A stretch of 64,000 nt of DNA from Callorhinchus milii (taxonomy: Eukaryota): contig NW_024704742.1 in NCBI RefSeq assembly GCF_018977255.1, forward strand, positions 112,284,001 through 112,348,000, in the 5' to 3' direction. The notes under the pieces were generated by a model. That model had not been told where the DNA came from. It was given only the letters and a program-made list of their open reading frames with translations, and ran no database searches. Below, piece after piece: positions 28,181 through 42,137 of the stretch. The number at the start of each line of letters is the position of its first letter. Within the stretch, counting starts at the first letter, position 1. Made by a program: the position numbers and the translations under genes.

Positions 28181-28925
28181 GATTAACAGTACTGAATGAA
28201 AAAGACAATGCCATAGCTCGTATATTGATACTTTGTCCCATTTAAACGCACATTTTTTCATTGTTTTCCCTGTCCTCATCCAATTGCACTTGAAATAGCA
28301 CCAATTGCAAAGTATGCTGAAGCTGTACTTAGAGAAAGTGTTCAAGTGAAAATAAGATCATTCTGACTGCAATACAAATTTACCTTTCATGTCAGGAAGA
28401 TGTCCCAAAGTGCTTAACAGTACTAACTGAAGTTCTGTCCACTGTTGTTTTATGATATGCTCTGGAAAAACTATAACTAGTTAGTATATAATAATAATAG
28501 TATGTAATAATAATAATATGCCACAATCCGATGAAAACAAACATAACAATAAACTTAAGTTTTATTGTAAAAACACGTGTGAAAATGTAAATGCCTTCAC
28601 TATGATGCTCCTATTAGTGTCAAAGGCATAGTGACCTTTTCACTGGGTTAGTTGATCGATTCTGAAAAGGTTGTGGTTAAAGATCTGTCAGTGGGGTATC
28701 AAGTTGTGAACCATAAAATATATGATCAAAAATTCTGACAGTTCCAAGTCGGTTTAGCTGAGAGAAAGAGACACCTAAAACGGATCTTCAAAGTAACTAA
28801 GAACATTGTTTTTCTTTTCAGTTGCCAGCTAACAATGTTATACACTGGTGTTTGTTATAAATGGCACCTTTTAAAGAGCACTCACTCTCGTGCTCTTACA
28901 GCATAGCTTAAAAGCTGACCCTTTA

Positions 28926-28927
<2 letters not shown>

Positions 28928-28968
<41 letters not shown>

Positions 28969-28972
28969 TCTT
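28928..28972. repeat. (CT)n microsatellite
   Basis: Read directly. Confidence 0.95.
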
Positions 28973-30453
28973 TCATGGATCCAACTTGAAAATTAAAAGC
29001 ATAATTGTCAGCTTCAGTGATTATTTCCTTTCAACACTTGCAGAAATTTCTAATTTGAAACTATTGTCAGTACAATGAACAAATGCAGCAATTATTTTCC
29101 TAAGTATCATCTTATGGACATGAATTCAGTCCTGTGCAGTGATGGTAATTCTGAACCCGTCATTTTTTCACTATGAAAATTAATAATATTCATTATAATA
29201 CGTCTCCAGCAAAGATCAAGATTTGAATCAATTTTATTCAGATATTAAAATGGAACATTTGTTAATTGAAGTTAAAAGTTATTGTTTTTATTTCTATGAC
29301 TCACTTCCATTGCAGTCTGTCAACATTACATCAGTGGACTGAAAGGCAAAAATTCAGAACCAAACTTTGGGCAGAACTCCTGCATTGAGCATTTAATAAT
29401 ATTAATAACCCTTGTACCTGATATAATGCACTTTAGCAGGATGTCTCAAAGCATTTCACAAGATTTACAGTAAAGTGTAGTGACTTTGTATTTTGCAGAT
29501 GAACACGGAAGCCAATTTGCACACAGGAATGTCCCATATCCAGCCAATGAAGTGAATAATCAATTTTAACTGTGGCATTGTTGGCCAGGACACTGGAAGC
29601 AACTACCTTCAGATGTTACCTCTATAAGCACAGAAAGCTTATGCTCTGGCACAAATAAGGCAATATGTTCCCGTTAACTAATCTTCTAAAAGGTTGGAAA
29701 ACTCATAACGTTTTTGAACCATGTTATAATGTTACGATTGGCAAGGTGGGTTATTTCAACTAACAAAGCAATTGTTAGTGGCTAGCACGTGACCAAGTGA
29801 AAATGTCAGATACTAATCTCTACTTAAAAGTACATCATTATCATCATTGTAAAGACAGAATTATCCCCAATCCTATGATATTGTCTTGGGACATCCTTAA
29901 AATGTTATTCGCCGTGTAATAATTGGCCTTGCTGCTTCAATTAAAATCTTTGAGGTTTTTCACTAACAATGGCATTATTACAGTGAGCAAGAAAGATAAG
30001 GATATTTAATCAATATTTTGATTAAGTATCCATATCCCGTACAAATCAGTGTTGCAACAGCTGGTTTAGTTGTTGCTCCTTTAAAACAGGTTACTGGCAG
30101 TTTATCACATTTTTTGAGCTTGTAGTTCCCAGGAGACAAATAACTACAGGCCAAAGGTTACAGGTCTGAAGCCAGAGGCCATTTTTGGTCTTTATTGAAA
30201 ACACTTGTTACCTTCCACCGAAGTGTCATCATTCCTCCAGCCTGCACAATTGTATTTTGACCTACACCTACATTTTTAACTGGTCAGTACTCTATTCTGT
30301 TAATTTGGTTCCAATGGTAAAGTAAAAATTTTCTGCAAAGATTCTCTTTGAATCGATCATTTCAGAAATCAAAAGTAAACAAGTTTGTGCTTTTCACAAA
30401 AGCATGTTTGAATCTGTGGAACTATGTGGAATATATTTATTCTACACAAGCAG

Positions 30454-30597
30454 AATAATAATAATAATAATAATCCTTGCATTTGATATAGCGCTTTTCA
30501 CGTCAGGAGGACGCCCCAAAGCGCTTCACAGAACACACTGTAAAGTGAATTGACTGTATATTTGTGGGCGAACGCGGCAGCCAATTGCGCACAGAAT
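30454..30597 (-). mobile_element. Young Deu-SINE 3' end
   Basis: (AAT)n tail; near-identical to the reverse complement of the 56530 copy. Confidence 0.85.
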
Positions 30598-31529
30598 AAT
30601 AAGGTGAGACCTTGAGGTTGTTCAAATTTTGCAATGTAGGGACTGTGAGAAAACCATAACCATTCTGATTTTTATTGAGGGATAAAATGTGCAAAGCACA
30701 GAGTGTAAAGCTATTTTTAATGGTTTTGCAGGCCCACAATCTTATCTCCGATATTTTTCTTATTGCAGTTTTGTCCATCACAATAAATGTTACAGATAAA
30801 TCGCACTCGTGGGCAAACTATCCTCCACCACCCCCAACCAGTTGATCCATGATTAAAAACTGGCAATTGCAAAGTAAATGTCACAGTGGTGTTAATTATC
30901 TTTTAAATTCATGACATATCCTTGGCCTCTTTTGAAAAGCTTTTGTAAATATAATGCTTTTAAAATCGTGCATTTGTGTTAATCGGAACCCTGAGGTAAA
31001 ATTCCTTCTTTAAAGTTAAGACAGTCTATATTAGGCCACAGACTTTATAAAGTTGCTTTCTTGCATTGATTTTCACTGGTGTGCTGGAAAATAGTCAACT
31101 ATGTGGGAGAGGAGACTGGGAGCAGTGGGCTAGTAACAGAGGTGATCGGGTTGTGTGGGAGTAGAGGCTGGGAGCAGTATGTTGGTGTAAGTACATGACT
31201 GGCTGGGTCAGAGCATAGGTTCACGTTCAAAAGGGAACTTCAATAAATGTTTAAAAAATTAGTAAACACACATGGTAATCATGATTTCTATGATCTGGAT
31301 TTAAGATATCTTCTGCTCTATCCATCAAGCCATCCCTTTACAATTTATCTGGTCAACAGCGTAGTCAGTGGATCAGCTTCCAATGTCTCTACAAATACAG
31401 AACGGCATTTTAACTGATATCTGAGAGCTAACTCAAGTTGACTTCCTCTATTTCTTCATGGAAAAGGGCTTTATCTCAGCATCTTTTAAAGTTCAGCAGT
31501 ACAATACAATTTACAATACATTGGATATT

Positions 31530-31780
31530 TATAGAACCACAGGACCATAGAAATTTATGGCACAGAAGATGCCCCAAGTCGTGAGTTAGAATCATAGAAT
31601 TTTACAACACAGAAGGAGGCCAATTCAGCCCAACATGCCTGTGCTGGCTCTTTGAAAATTACCAACTAGTCACACTCCCCCACTCTTACCCCATAACCCT
31701 GCAATTTTTTTTCCTTTTTAAGTACCTATCTAATTCCCTTTTGAAAGCTATTATTGAATCTGCTTTCATTACCCTTTCAT
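31530..31780 (-). mobile_element. CR1 LINE 3' end with partially duplicated terminus
   Basis: catagaattttacaacacagaaggaggcc... is the reverse complement of the element at 1-272; a second catagaaatttatggcacagaag copy precedes it. Confidence 0.75.
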
Positions 31781-33574
31781 GCACTTTAAAATTTTGCTCT
31801 CTGTACCGAAGTCCAGGATATTAATATATATTGAAACGAGCAGTGGTCCTAATAATGATTCTTGGTAGACACCACTGTATACTTGCCTCCAGGCTCAAAA
31901 GCAACTGTTCACCCTTGGCTTTCTGTCTCCCAGCCAATTTTGGGATCCATATTCCCTTAATGAGCTTCAATTTTGCTAACAAGTTTATTTTGTGGCACTC
32001 TTCGAAAAGAGGAAAAGAGAAAAAGAGAAAGGTGTTTCTCTTGAGGTCCTGGCCAACAAATCCCCCAAATAAAATTGGTCATTCACTCCATGGTTGTGTT
32101 GGAATATGATGTACTACCACATATTGTAACCATATTAGAAAACAGTGACGCTTAACAAAATGTATATAAAAAAAAGTACTACCAATAATCACAGAAGATT
32201 GAAGAAAAGTTCTTTAGACATGACCCAGCATTCGTCTCAATCTCACTGCGCAGCTCTCTCCTGCCAGCTGGAATTTGTTTGTGGGACACCATTGTACGCA
32301 AACTGGCTGCCCAGTTTCACCCACAAAATGCACAGTCAATCCACTTTACAGTATATCTTGTGAAGCACTTTGAGACGTCTCAATGACTTGACAAGGCTAG
32401 GTTTGCTAGGTTTATTATTATATGGCCTACAGTGTATGTGCTAGCTTTTTCAAGAGCAATCCTTTCAGTCACACTTACCTGCCCTTTCTCCATACCTCTG
32501 TAGATGCCTTTCACATTAGGAGGACATCTCAAAGTGCTTGGCACTGTTGGCTGGGCACTTGAGCTGTCAAAATCCTTCCGCTACTGCTACTGGAATTTCT
32601 GGCTATTGCTGAATACTGTAAAGGGAAATGGTAGAAATGTACAAGACCATGCCGTGGAAAAATTGTAATTTTTTTAAGCATACAAAAATCCTGAATTCTT
32701 ATGACAGGTTTAATTTCAGGGGCATAAATTATTTTGTAATCTTCCATAGTTAAACTAACACAATATAAAATAAAACATTGAATTCCGTGGACTTGATTTT
32801 CATGAATTTTGACCTTTGAAAAGTCAAATATTCAATTGGTTTCGTCTGAAAGTGGAATACACATAACCTAACAATACGTAATATTGTACATTTCTCTGGC
32901 ATCTGTACTCTTTTGTAAAATGTGATAAATGACGGTTTTCACATGACATGCCAATAATATCTGAGGTAAGTAAGGCTATAGCAGAATTAAATTTGAAGTA
33001 CCAGGGCCTAATTGAAGGTGAGCAGGTCTGTAAATGTCTGGCATCTGAGTCACGTTAGATTATATCGTTACCGAACTGCAGTTTTTAATCACCATCCAGA
33101 CCAGCCAAGGAGATAGCCTTAGGGCTAGGGTAAGAGGCCAGTCAACGGATAGCAGTCTTTGTCCCTCCCAAATGGGTGGAAATGATTAAAAATGATTAGC
33201 CGACAATTATATGCTCAATTCATTCAATGCACTGTGAGTAGTACGCTGATCCCTTTGAACAAAGGCCTTGGCTAGTGGGGAAGTACCTGAGAAACTGGCA
33301 TGCTAGTGTAAGCAGTGCTGTCCTCACTGTTGTGTGGAATGGGCTAACACCATATGGTGCTGCTATGAACTGATTAGCCAGCGGATTAAAAGATCCTTGC
33401 ATTTGGGATACTGAGTTTCCAACTGTGAGAATGACTGACAGACTGACAAAGTCATGCACTAGACTTAGATGTACTTCTCTATTTAACGGAGAGAAAAAAG
33501 GACAGAAATTCTCCGCCTTGCAAGTGCTAATCTCACCACTCCCCACCATTTCCCAATAAATAAAAGCAATTTAC

Positions 33575-33701
33575 TTAGGGCTCTGCCTTGGGGTCTTCAA
33601 AACTTCACATAGCACATCAAACACGTTCAGATTCTCAGCTTCTTTTGAAGATTTTCCCCCCTTATTTGGAGGCTTCATTCTGCATGCATTGTAACCAAAT
33701 C
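33575..33701 (-). other. Candidate 127-nt exon (GFGYNACRMKPPNKGGKSSKEAENLNVFDVLCEVLKTPRQSP if coding)
   Basis: Long pyrimidine tract with tandem TAGTAG acceptor; donor AA|gtaaat; one frame open; no family recognised. Confidence 0.3.
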
Positions 33702-35179
33702 CTACTATTACAAAAGAAGAAACAAACAGAAAAAGGGAAATAACCACATTCATTAAACTAACATTTAAGTGTTCTGGATATTTAACTGCCTCTTTACATG
33801 TAGTAATTGTAAGAAATATTTATCGAATTAAGTGGGCAGCTGTTAAATTTCTCTAGAAAACACTGTTTTTTTGGGGTGGAGGGATAAGATGAATTTTGAT
33901 AGTTGAACCAAATTCATTTCTGATTGAATAAAATAAATATTATAAACCCCCAACAGTTAGAATGNTTTTTCTCGCTCCAATTGGTTGCAACAAGTAACTT
34001 GTCAATGAAAGATTTGATCTTAAATAATATGTAACTATCATTGTGGTCCAAGCGGTATAGTGGGATTGATAAATCTTAGTAGACAAACCTTAGTAGACCG
34101 TTGCTCTTTCATGAATGTCTGTGGATCACGTGGACATGAATTTCACTTTCAACTGATGAGGCCAAATAAGCTGTGATGTAAGATGTCATTGGAGAAAAAT
34201 GGGTAATTACTGAGATGCCTCACTTGGAACCCCTGGGACTTGCTAACGCTTCTGTTCTTTTTGGCTTGAGCTTCTGTACTCTGCTATTTTCCTTTTTTAA
34301 AAAAACAATCTTGGATACAATCCAGTGATGTCAAGTTAAATTGCTTTTGTTTAGTTTAGCAAATTTGTTTCTGTACTGTGACTACATTAGATTAGGGCTA
34401 TAAATAAATCCAACTCTTTTCTGTTCACACGAAGCCAGATGTTCATGCGTATATTGACCAAACCCCTAAAAGTGGACAGCTGGGAGATATTCACTTCATA
34501 AACACTTTACTATACCAAGGGGGTAAAAAACTCTTTCCGCTTAAAAGCTCCCATGTGCACAATAAAACAAATTAGTCTGACAAAAAGCCTTCTTCCCGTC
34601 TGCACTTTATGTATGCCTAATATAGAGCACTGCATAAAAGCAGTAACTGAAAGCTATTCCAGAGCCTATTCCCAATGTCTTAGGTAGTGTTGAAACACAA
34701 ATGTCAATCAGGTTTATTTGCATTTTTTAGCTGGTCTTCAGATTAATGATGTGACCAACAAAATGAATTGAAAAGCAGCCAGACTTGACTGTTTAAGCCC
34801 ACTTATAAGGATCAATGTTGTCCAGAAGTCCCAATAAAAATTCAGCTAAGTACAGTAAATCCCTTCTAAACATATCCAAATGTGTTTTCTCCAGCACAGT
34901 ACACAGTCATTCAATTCATAGTCAGTTTGACTCACCACAACTTGACCTTACACAACACACAGCAGTAATTTTTGCATCATCTCCAATATATATCAAGTTT
35001 CCCAGGCTGTTATACACATCCTTTCCTGAGGCAAAGGTCTTATTTTTTCTCATTGACTTGTTGCAGTAAATGCTGTCAACCATTGAAGAAATAAATGGGA
35101 AAAATGCACAATGCACAATAAAGAGCTCTCCATTAGCAAGGATGGATAAGGAGAGGACTCAGATGATTATTGATCATTC

Positions 35180-35420
35180 AAAGGAAGTTCATCATCAATG
35201 TGAAACTACAATTGCAAAAGTTTATAAATACTAAATGGGATTTTGAGGGCATTTCACTATAAGTCAAAAATAAGTTATTTAAACCTGTAATGGGTTGCTG
35301 GAGAGTCCATATTTGGAATATTGCACACAATTTGGGCCTGGCTACCTTCAAAAGAGCAGTCATGGAAAGGATTCAGAGAAGAGCGACAAAGACGATTCTG
35401 GAGATGGATTGCTGCTTTAA
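35180..35420 (+). mobile_element. Old CR1 ORF2 remnant
   Basis: ccatatttggaatattgcacacaatttggg...gaaaggattcagagaagagcgacaaagacgatt encodes PYLEYCTQF...ERIQRRATKTI, the CR1 PHLEYC.QFW / ERVQRRATK motif. Confidence 0.7.
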
Positions 35421-35739
35421 TGTGATTCAACTTCCCTAAGCAGATGAAACCTGACAAGAAACTTAAAGTGTGCTTGAGGGCATTGACTACAAGTCAAAAG
35501 AAGTTATTTGAACTTCATATAGTTCACCGTTGGAATTGGACAGGGATCAGAAAAGACTCAGCATCATATCTAAGCTTGATTCTCATGTCATCCAACACAT
35601 ATTCGGACAACAGCCCTCTCTGGCCCTAACCCTCTCTGGCTGTTGTCCGAATTGGTACAACCCCTGGTACAACAGCCATCTCTGCCCCCTAAAATCACAA
35701 ACCCAGTTGCTCGAACGCAGGTGGCAGGAAACCAGCCTC

Positions 35740-35872
35740 TTCCTCTTCGACCACACCATGGCCACATTCTCCCTTCCCCTGGCTTGGCATCGGGCTCCAC
35801 CATTGTTAAGTGTTCTGAGACGTTGCCCGGCGTGGAGGGCACTATATAAATGCAAGTTGTTGTCGTTGTTGA
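35740..35872 (+). mobile_element. L2 3' end
   Basis: cgtggagggcactatataaatgcaagttgttgtcgttgttg. Confidence 0.8.
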
Positions 35873-38800
35873 TGTTTTTACCAGCAGATCCTTCATACAC
35901 AAGGATAACTGGTGTCCTCCATTGGATGGGAACTATAAACCATTGCTCTTTTTAAATCACCACTGTAATTACTGGCCAATTTATTGGCAAACATGGTAAC
36001 CAGGATTACTCAATTATGCTGGATCAGAGGACATACATATATAAGAAAGCACAGAATGAAGAAAGGTCATTTGACTCATCAAGCCATTTGTATAACCATG
36101 TAAACCTTATCCTATTGTGGATTCAATTTGACCCATTTTGTTCCATGGGTAGAAAATCTGTATAGATACTTCTCAAAGGTAATTAAGCAAAAATCCCAGA
36201 AAATTAATCCATTGGTACATCTCCACTATTCAAACCTGGATTCCTTTTCACAGATACTATTCTGCACCCCTTAAATAGCACAACAGCACAGTGTATTTGT
36301 TCAATTCAGTATGCCTCTAGCCCATGTGCTCCAATACTATAACGAAGTACAGAAGGTACCTATCAGGTTCCTTTTTGAAGGATACATTGCAGCATTTGAT
36401 TGATTTGATGAGAGTCTGTCCTCTGTATTCACTCTCTATGCGAAAGCAACTTCTTCTAAATAAAGCTTTTGAATATAAGAGTTACGTTTTTAGTTCACTT
36501 TTGAAAGAACTTGAATCTACATCATCTGCAGTTCTCATTATTTTGAAGATTTGTGCCATATCGCAGCAATCTTCTTTATTCCAATGAAAACTGAGTCGGG
36601 TTAAGTCTCTCCTCATAACTAAATCCCAGAAACATCCTTTGATGGCAGAAAGATTTTTAAACTTCATAAAATATGACAAGCATTTTAAGCATTCCTACAG
36701 TTGCTGTAGGATTTTGATTCATACACTGCAAATCATTATCATTGGCTTTCCTTCCAAAATTGGTGTTTAGGAAGTCCTTATTGATCAGTAATCTTAATAG
36801 ATTTACATCACGGCAATTTAGATTTCATTGGGGGAATGCAAAAGACACAAACTGTCACGTTAGAGATCACAGCATGGGCATCCCCTGTCACCCCTGCTGT
36901 TTGTTCTCACGTTGAAACTACTTGCCAAGACTATCCTAAAGCATGTAGGCATCAAAGGGCTAACAGTGAAAACTGTAAACCACAAGATCACAGTATATGT
37001 GAGTTACACCCTGCTGTTTCTTTCTAACCCATAAACACCTGTCTTCCATTTACTTGTCCCATAGTGTCCAGATACAAAATCAATTAGGCCAAATCTGATC
37101 TTGTGGAAAACAAATTTCATCACAAGCCTGAAGAAAAACTATTTATTTGGGCAACAAAGTATTTAGGTGTTCCATTTTCCAATGGCTTTGAGGTCTGAGT
37201 TACTATCAGTGTCAATTGAATAAATCAACATAAAAGAGGCTCCTGGTCTCTTTCTTCACTCCATTTGGGTTAATAAAGTAAAAATACCCTTTCACAACAA
37301 CAATTTATATTTATACCTTTCACATCAGGAGGTTATCTCAAAGTGCTTCACATAACTAAGATGAAGGGGAGAGGGGGGGAGCTGAAGGGGTAGAGGGTGG
37401 TGGCATAGTTAGCTAAACACACAGTGAAAGAGATAAGCTAAAACTAGGTTTTGAAGAAGGGGAGGGGACAAAATTTCTAACTTAGAGAATTGGAAAATAA
37501 CAGGTACAATATGGCCATTTGTCCTGGACAATATATGCAATTCAAAGAGTTGCAGAGCAAGGGTTCCATCCTACAATAGTCTTCTTCCTCTACTTAAAAT
37601 TGCAACACTGGGTTGGTGTGAAATACTGCCCCCTTCAATGCTCACCATAATAGAAACACAGAGATTACAGCATAGAAGGATGCTATCTGGCTCATTGATC
37701 CTAAGTGTGTGTTAATTCATTTACTGGAAATAACTATTGATTATTAGATTATAAACCGTATTGAATTATTTTATGTACAACAACTTGTGAAAACAAAAGT
37801 CAATATATATATAATGCCTCAAATCCTGGAATTCTAGACTTCTATCAGGTCTCCAAAGGGCACAAAAAGGGAATCCAAACACTGGATACAAAGTAAATAA
37901 GGACCTAATTACTGTGAGCTATTGTTAGCTTCTAACCTGAGCAGGGTTTCAACAACAACAACAACAACAAGATTCCATTTATTGAGCGCCTTTCACGTCG
38001 GGAGGACGTCCCAATCCTCCCAATCCTTTCAATCTGATTCCTTGATTTCAATTCTTCAATTTGTAATATTGAATGGTAAGAAACTTGAAAAGTATTGCAT
38101 GTATTTGAAACAACCAATAATGTTATGTTTACCACAGTACTATCCAAAACAGAAGGACATTTCTTCTGGTGTCCTGATCAATAATCCTCCAAATAAAATT
38201 GGTCATTCACTTCTTGGTTGCTTGTGGACATTGCTGTGTGCAATTGGGCTGCTGAGTTTGCCTGCAAGCAAGCACACAGTCATTCCATTTCACAGTAAAT
38301 CCTGTGAAATGCTTTGGGATATCCTCCTGATGTGAATTGCACCTTGATTCCCAAAGTGTAGTAAAATTGGGACATTAGTTGTTAACTTATGACTGTCACA
38401 TAAAATGAAAGCAAGTAGTATATCTTTTATTGACGCTTCCATAACCTATTACAAAGTAGATATATCCAAATAGGCCTTATTTATTTGATCAATAAAGTGG
38501 TCTCTGCATCAAAGAGCATTCCACAGTTACAAGATTTTATTACAAGCTTTAAAAAGTAAGACTACATTCAAAAGCTTCACAAAATAACTTGGATTTTCAG
38601 GATTAGGGTTTGTTGGTGACAACATTGAATGAATCTGCATCTACAATCTATTACTGCTGAATATAGTTTAAAATAAACAGATTAAAATAATCTTAGTATG
38701 CTATTAAGCTGCAGTGTCATCACACTGATTATAGAATTGTGATTGTACAATACCTATTAAATATACATTTCTCAGAATTATGTGCCAGTAGCATATAATT

Positions 38801-40129
38801 CTTAGTAATTATGTTTTTGGGAGGACAACTATTGTGTTGCAGACAGCACACTGTGCTGCTAATTACTGTGTAGTTCTATGGACTTTTGCACCTACCTGTG
38901 GAAGGTTCAAACCAAAATAAGGGAGGTTAATAAAGGTCAGTTGCATTTGGGTTGCCCATATCGTTAAAGCTTGCCCTCTGATCCATGCTGTCTTTGTTGG
39001 TTTTAGTATAGTTCACACTGAATCAAGGATTTTCTTGGTGTAATTTAATAAGTTTTAATCTTCAAAAATGAGGGGTTATTGGCATTGTTATTTGTCACAG
39101 GGGTGCACTCTGATTTCTTTGCTTTCACCTGCTGGGATTCATTTGGTCGCTATCAAATTGAATGGGCTAGCAAAATGAAAAAAGCAATACTGGGATAAAG
39201 TCCATAATTCAACCCAGTATTATAATCAATGGGTTCCAGTAATCCTCATTATGTCTCTCAGAGGTAGTTTTAAGCAACCACATTTTACTTGTCAGCTGAA
39301 TCCTGGCATTGGCTCTACACAATACTACTAAATAGGTTGCATACATTTCATTCAATGATGTAACAAGGTGCTGCTGTCTCAGCATTACCAAAATAAACAG
39401 AGCTGCCTTGGTGCTAAATATATTAAATGGGAGTCTTGCTGGGATAGGTAAAGAATTGAACATAAAATATGATGTTTCTTTTAATTATCTAACTTTTTAA
39501 ATGATTAACATGCTACACCTGAACTGCAGACCAAGTGTAACTTCATATATACCTTTAGATAAAAAAACATATTACTTGTCAGTTACCTCTGCAAACCAGA
39601 TAAATAGGTCAAATAGATTTAAGCAGGTTATTTGACTTAGACTGAGAGCAGAAGGGTTTAAAATTAAAAAGCCTCAAGCAGGACTAGAGATTAGAATATT
39701 TTCTTCCCCATACCAAGTAGCAGGGACGTGAAACAGATTCCCAACAAAAGCAGCTGATGCTGCATTGAGTGGAAAAGCAGAGGATAAGTATCTGCTTGAC
39801 GAAGGTATTAGTGGATGTAGAACTAGATGCATCTTGACACAACTTGCATATAATGTCCCACTGTTACTTTATTAGAGTCATCCTATAGTGACTAATCTGA
39901 CTGTGCCTTTCATAATTTATTCAAATAATAATAGTTTGAACGTTTTACAATATTATAGCTACGAGTTTGGTTTATTCACTGCTCTCAATTCACAAATATT
40001 ACACAATTATTTGCATTTTGCTGTCTAAGGAACACAAAAAAACCATTAGTTTTCTAAAGTTGAATGAGAAAAGGTGATTTGGCTGATCACACCACAGCTC
40101 ATAACTACCACCCCTGCCCTTCTAAACTG

Positions 40130-40268
40130 ATGATAATAATAATAATCCTTACACTTGATGTAGTGCCTTATCACATCTTCAAGACGTCTTAAAGCGCTTC
40201 ACAGAATATACTGTAAAGTGAATTGACTGTATATGTTGTGTGTGAAACACGGCAGCCAATTGCACAGT
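40130..40268 (-). mobile_element. Young Deu-SINE 3' end
   Basis: Shared tail and Deu sequence. Confidence 0.8.
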
Positions 40269-42137
40269 TTCCCTGAATTCAGAGTTCCTGCACTCCTAAA
40301 TCTTACAATGATCAAGTACAGCTGTTTTCCTAATTCATGATTTCCTTGCTGAACAGATATAAGATAGACACTGACAGATCTAAAAGATAATTTAGAAGGA
40401 TTCATCAGAGCGTCCTTAAAAACCTCATGCGCAATTTTGCACGTGTGCACTACATTAATTAACAAAACAGATTATTTGCTATAATCTTGCAGGCCCTGTA
40501 GCCCACATCCCTTTCACAGGCCTATGCTGATAAAAAAAGACATGCAGATAAATAATATTTGCTTGTAAATGAACTGCTCTTTCAAATGAGTCCGCACAGA
40601 CACGATGGGCTGAATGGCCTTCTCTGTATTGTAAGTTTCTATGGTTCAACCCCCCATGTCAGGAGCCTGAAGCCAGTGGTACCTCTCATTCTTAATGAGT
40701 GCAGTGGTACGATTTCTAGCAATTGCACAGATGTCACATGAGTGCTGAACACCTGAATCCAGCCAGCACCCTTAGTTCCAGGGTTGAATTAATTGTTAGC
40801 TGAAATTAACTTTATTTCCCCCTAAGGGTAAAAGATGGGTTGTCCTTTCAGACTTTTCATCTTCTAACTCAACATCCAACTAATCCCAGCACAACGCAGT
40901 GCCATTTCATGTGGTGCATGACATTTGAAAAATGAATGTAGGAAGTGTCCAATTGGAAGTAAGAATCCCAATATGCACCAATGCCATTTTGGCCAGTAAC
41001 TTTTTTCTGGCAAGTTTAGATTTATTGTTTTTAAATTAAGGATAAAACCTGAATACTAGTGACAGCTTCCCTGCAGTGTAACTTTGATAATCGCTGACAT
41101 GTACTTGGCACCCATGCTGTTCCATGCATGCCAATATTGTAGTTCATTTCCCCAGTTACCCATTGATCTACATGAACAGAAATCAGTGAGTGCCTCTGAG
41201 GTTCTGAATCCCTTTGTTATGCTTGTATGTTTCAACTCTCCACGTACACTCCACGTACAATAACATCCATCTCTTAGTTGTAACCCCAAAGGATTCATAA
41301 CACCAGATGATGCAGCCATGAGAGATATTCCTTCTTTGTCTATAGTCTCCATAAGTGAAGCTTCCATTGCACTGTATATATCAGTGGAATGCTACAGCTT
41401 CAATATGAGACTGCAGCGCACACAAGCATTATATTGCTTCATTACGTTATACTCAATTCCGATCTTCCATTGACAGGTATGTCACCTTAACAGAATGTAA
41501 CTCCCCCACATACATTGCCATTAGTGTATGATCACTATCAGTTTGTAAACAGGCCCACTAATGTTTGCAATCTCTATGTAACTCTATAATGGGCCCATAG
41601 ACTGTATAGCCCCTACCTGCCTCATCACTCTTCCTTCCTTATCCTAGTATCTCAACCTGTGCTTCTTTAACAGTATCTTCATCTCCTCGGTATTTGTAAC
41701 TATCCTGGCGCTCACTTCAGTTTGCAGTGGGAAGTGTTCTTATTCGGACATGTGGTGTTCCTGTGGTGTAGCAAGCACTTGGCTAAATTCTGTTTGTTCC
41801 ATGAAGAGAGCAGATGGTACATTATCGGTATAAATGCTCACATATCCATTTCGGTAATGCCTCACACTAAATAAATTATGAATATAAAATGTCATTACAG
41901 TTATTATGTGTAAGCGTACAATGACAAATTTGCTAAACATAGTGAAAAAGAGAAGAGTTTAGTGCACATGAACACATTTGTTACATTTAGTGAACTGAGC
42001 AGAGTAACCCTTTTATGTTTAAAACCATTAGTTTACTCATTCAGCATATTCATATTTAGAATTCCACCAAACACGTTTCCATAAAAATGTTGTCTCTCGT
42101 TTTGAACTCTATTTTCACACTATTTTGCATTTCACTT

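Noticed and set aside
33965..33965. Single N base
   Set aside because: Assembly ambiguity, not biology
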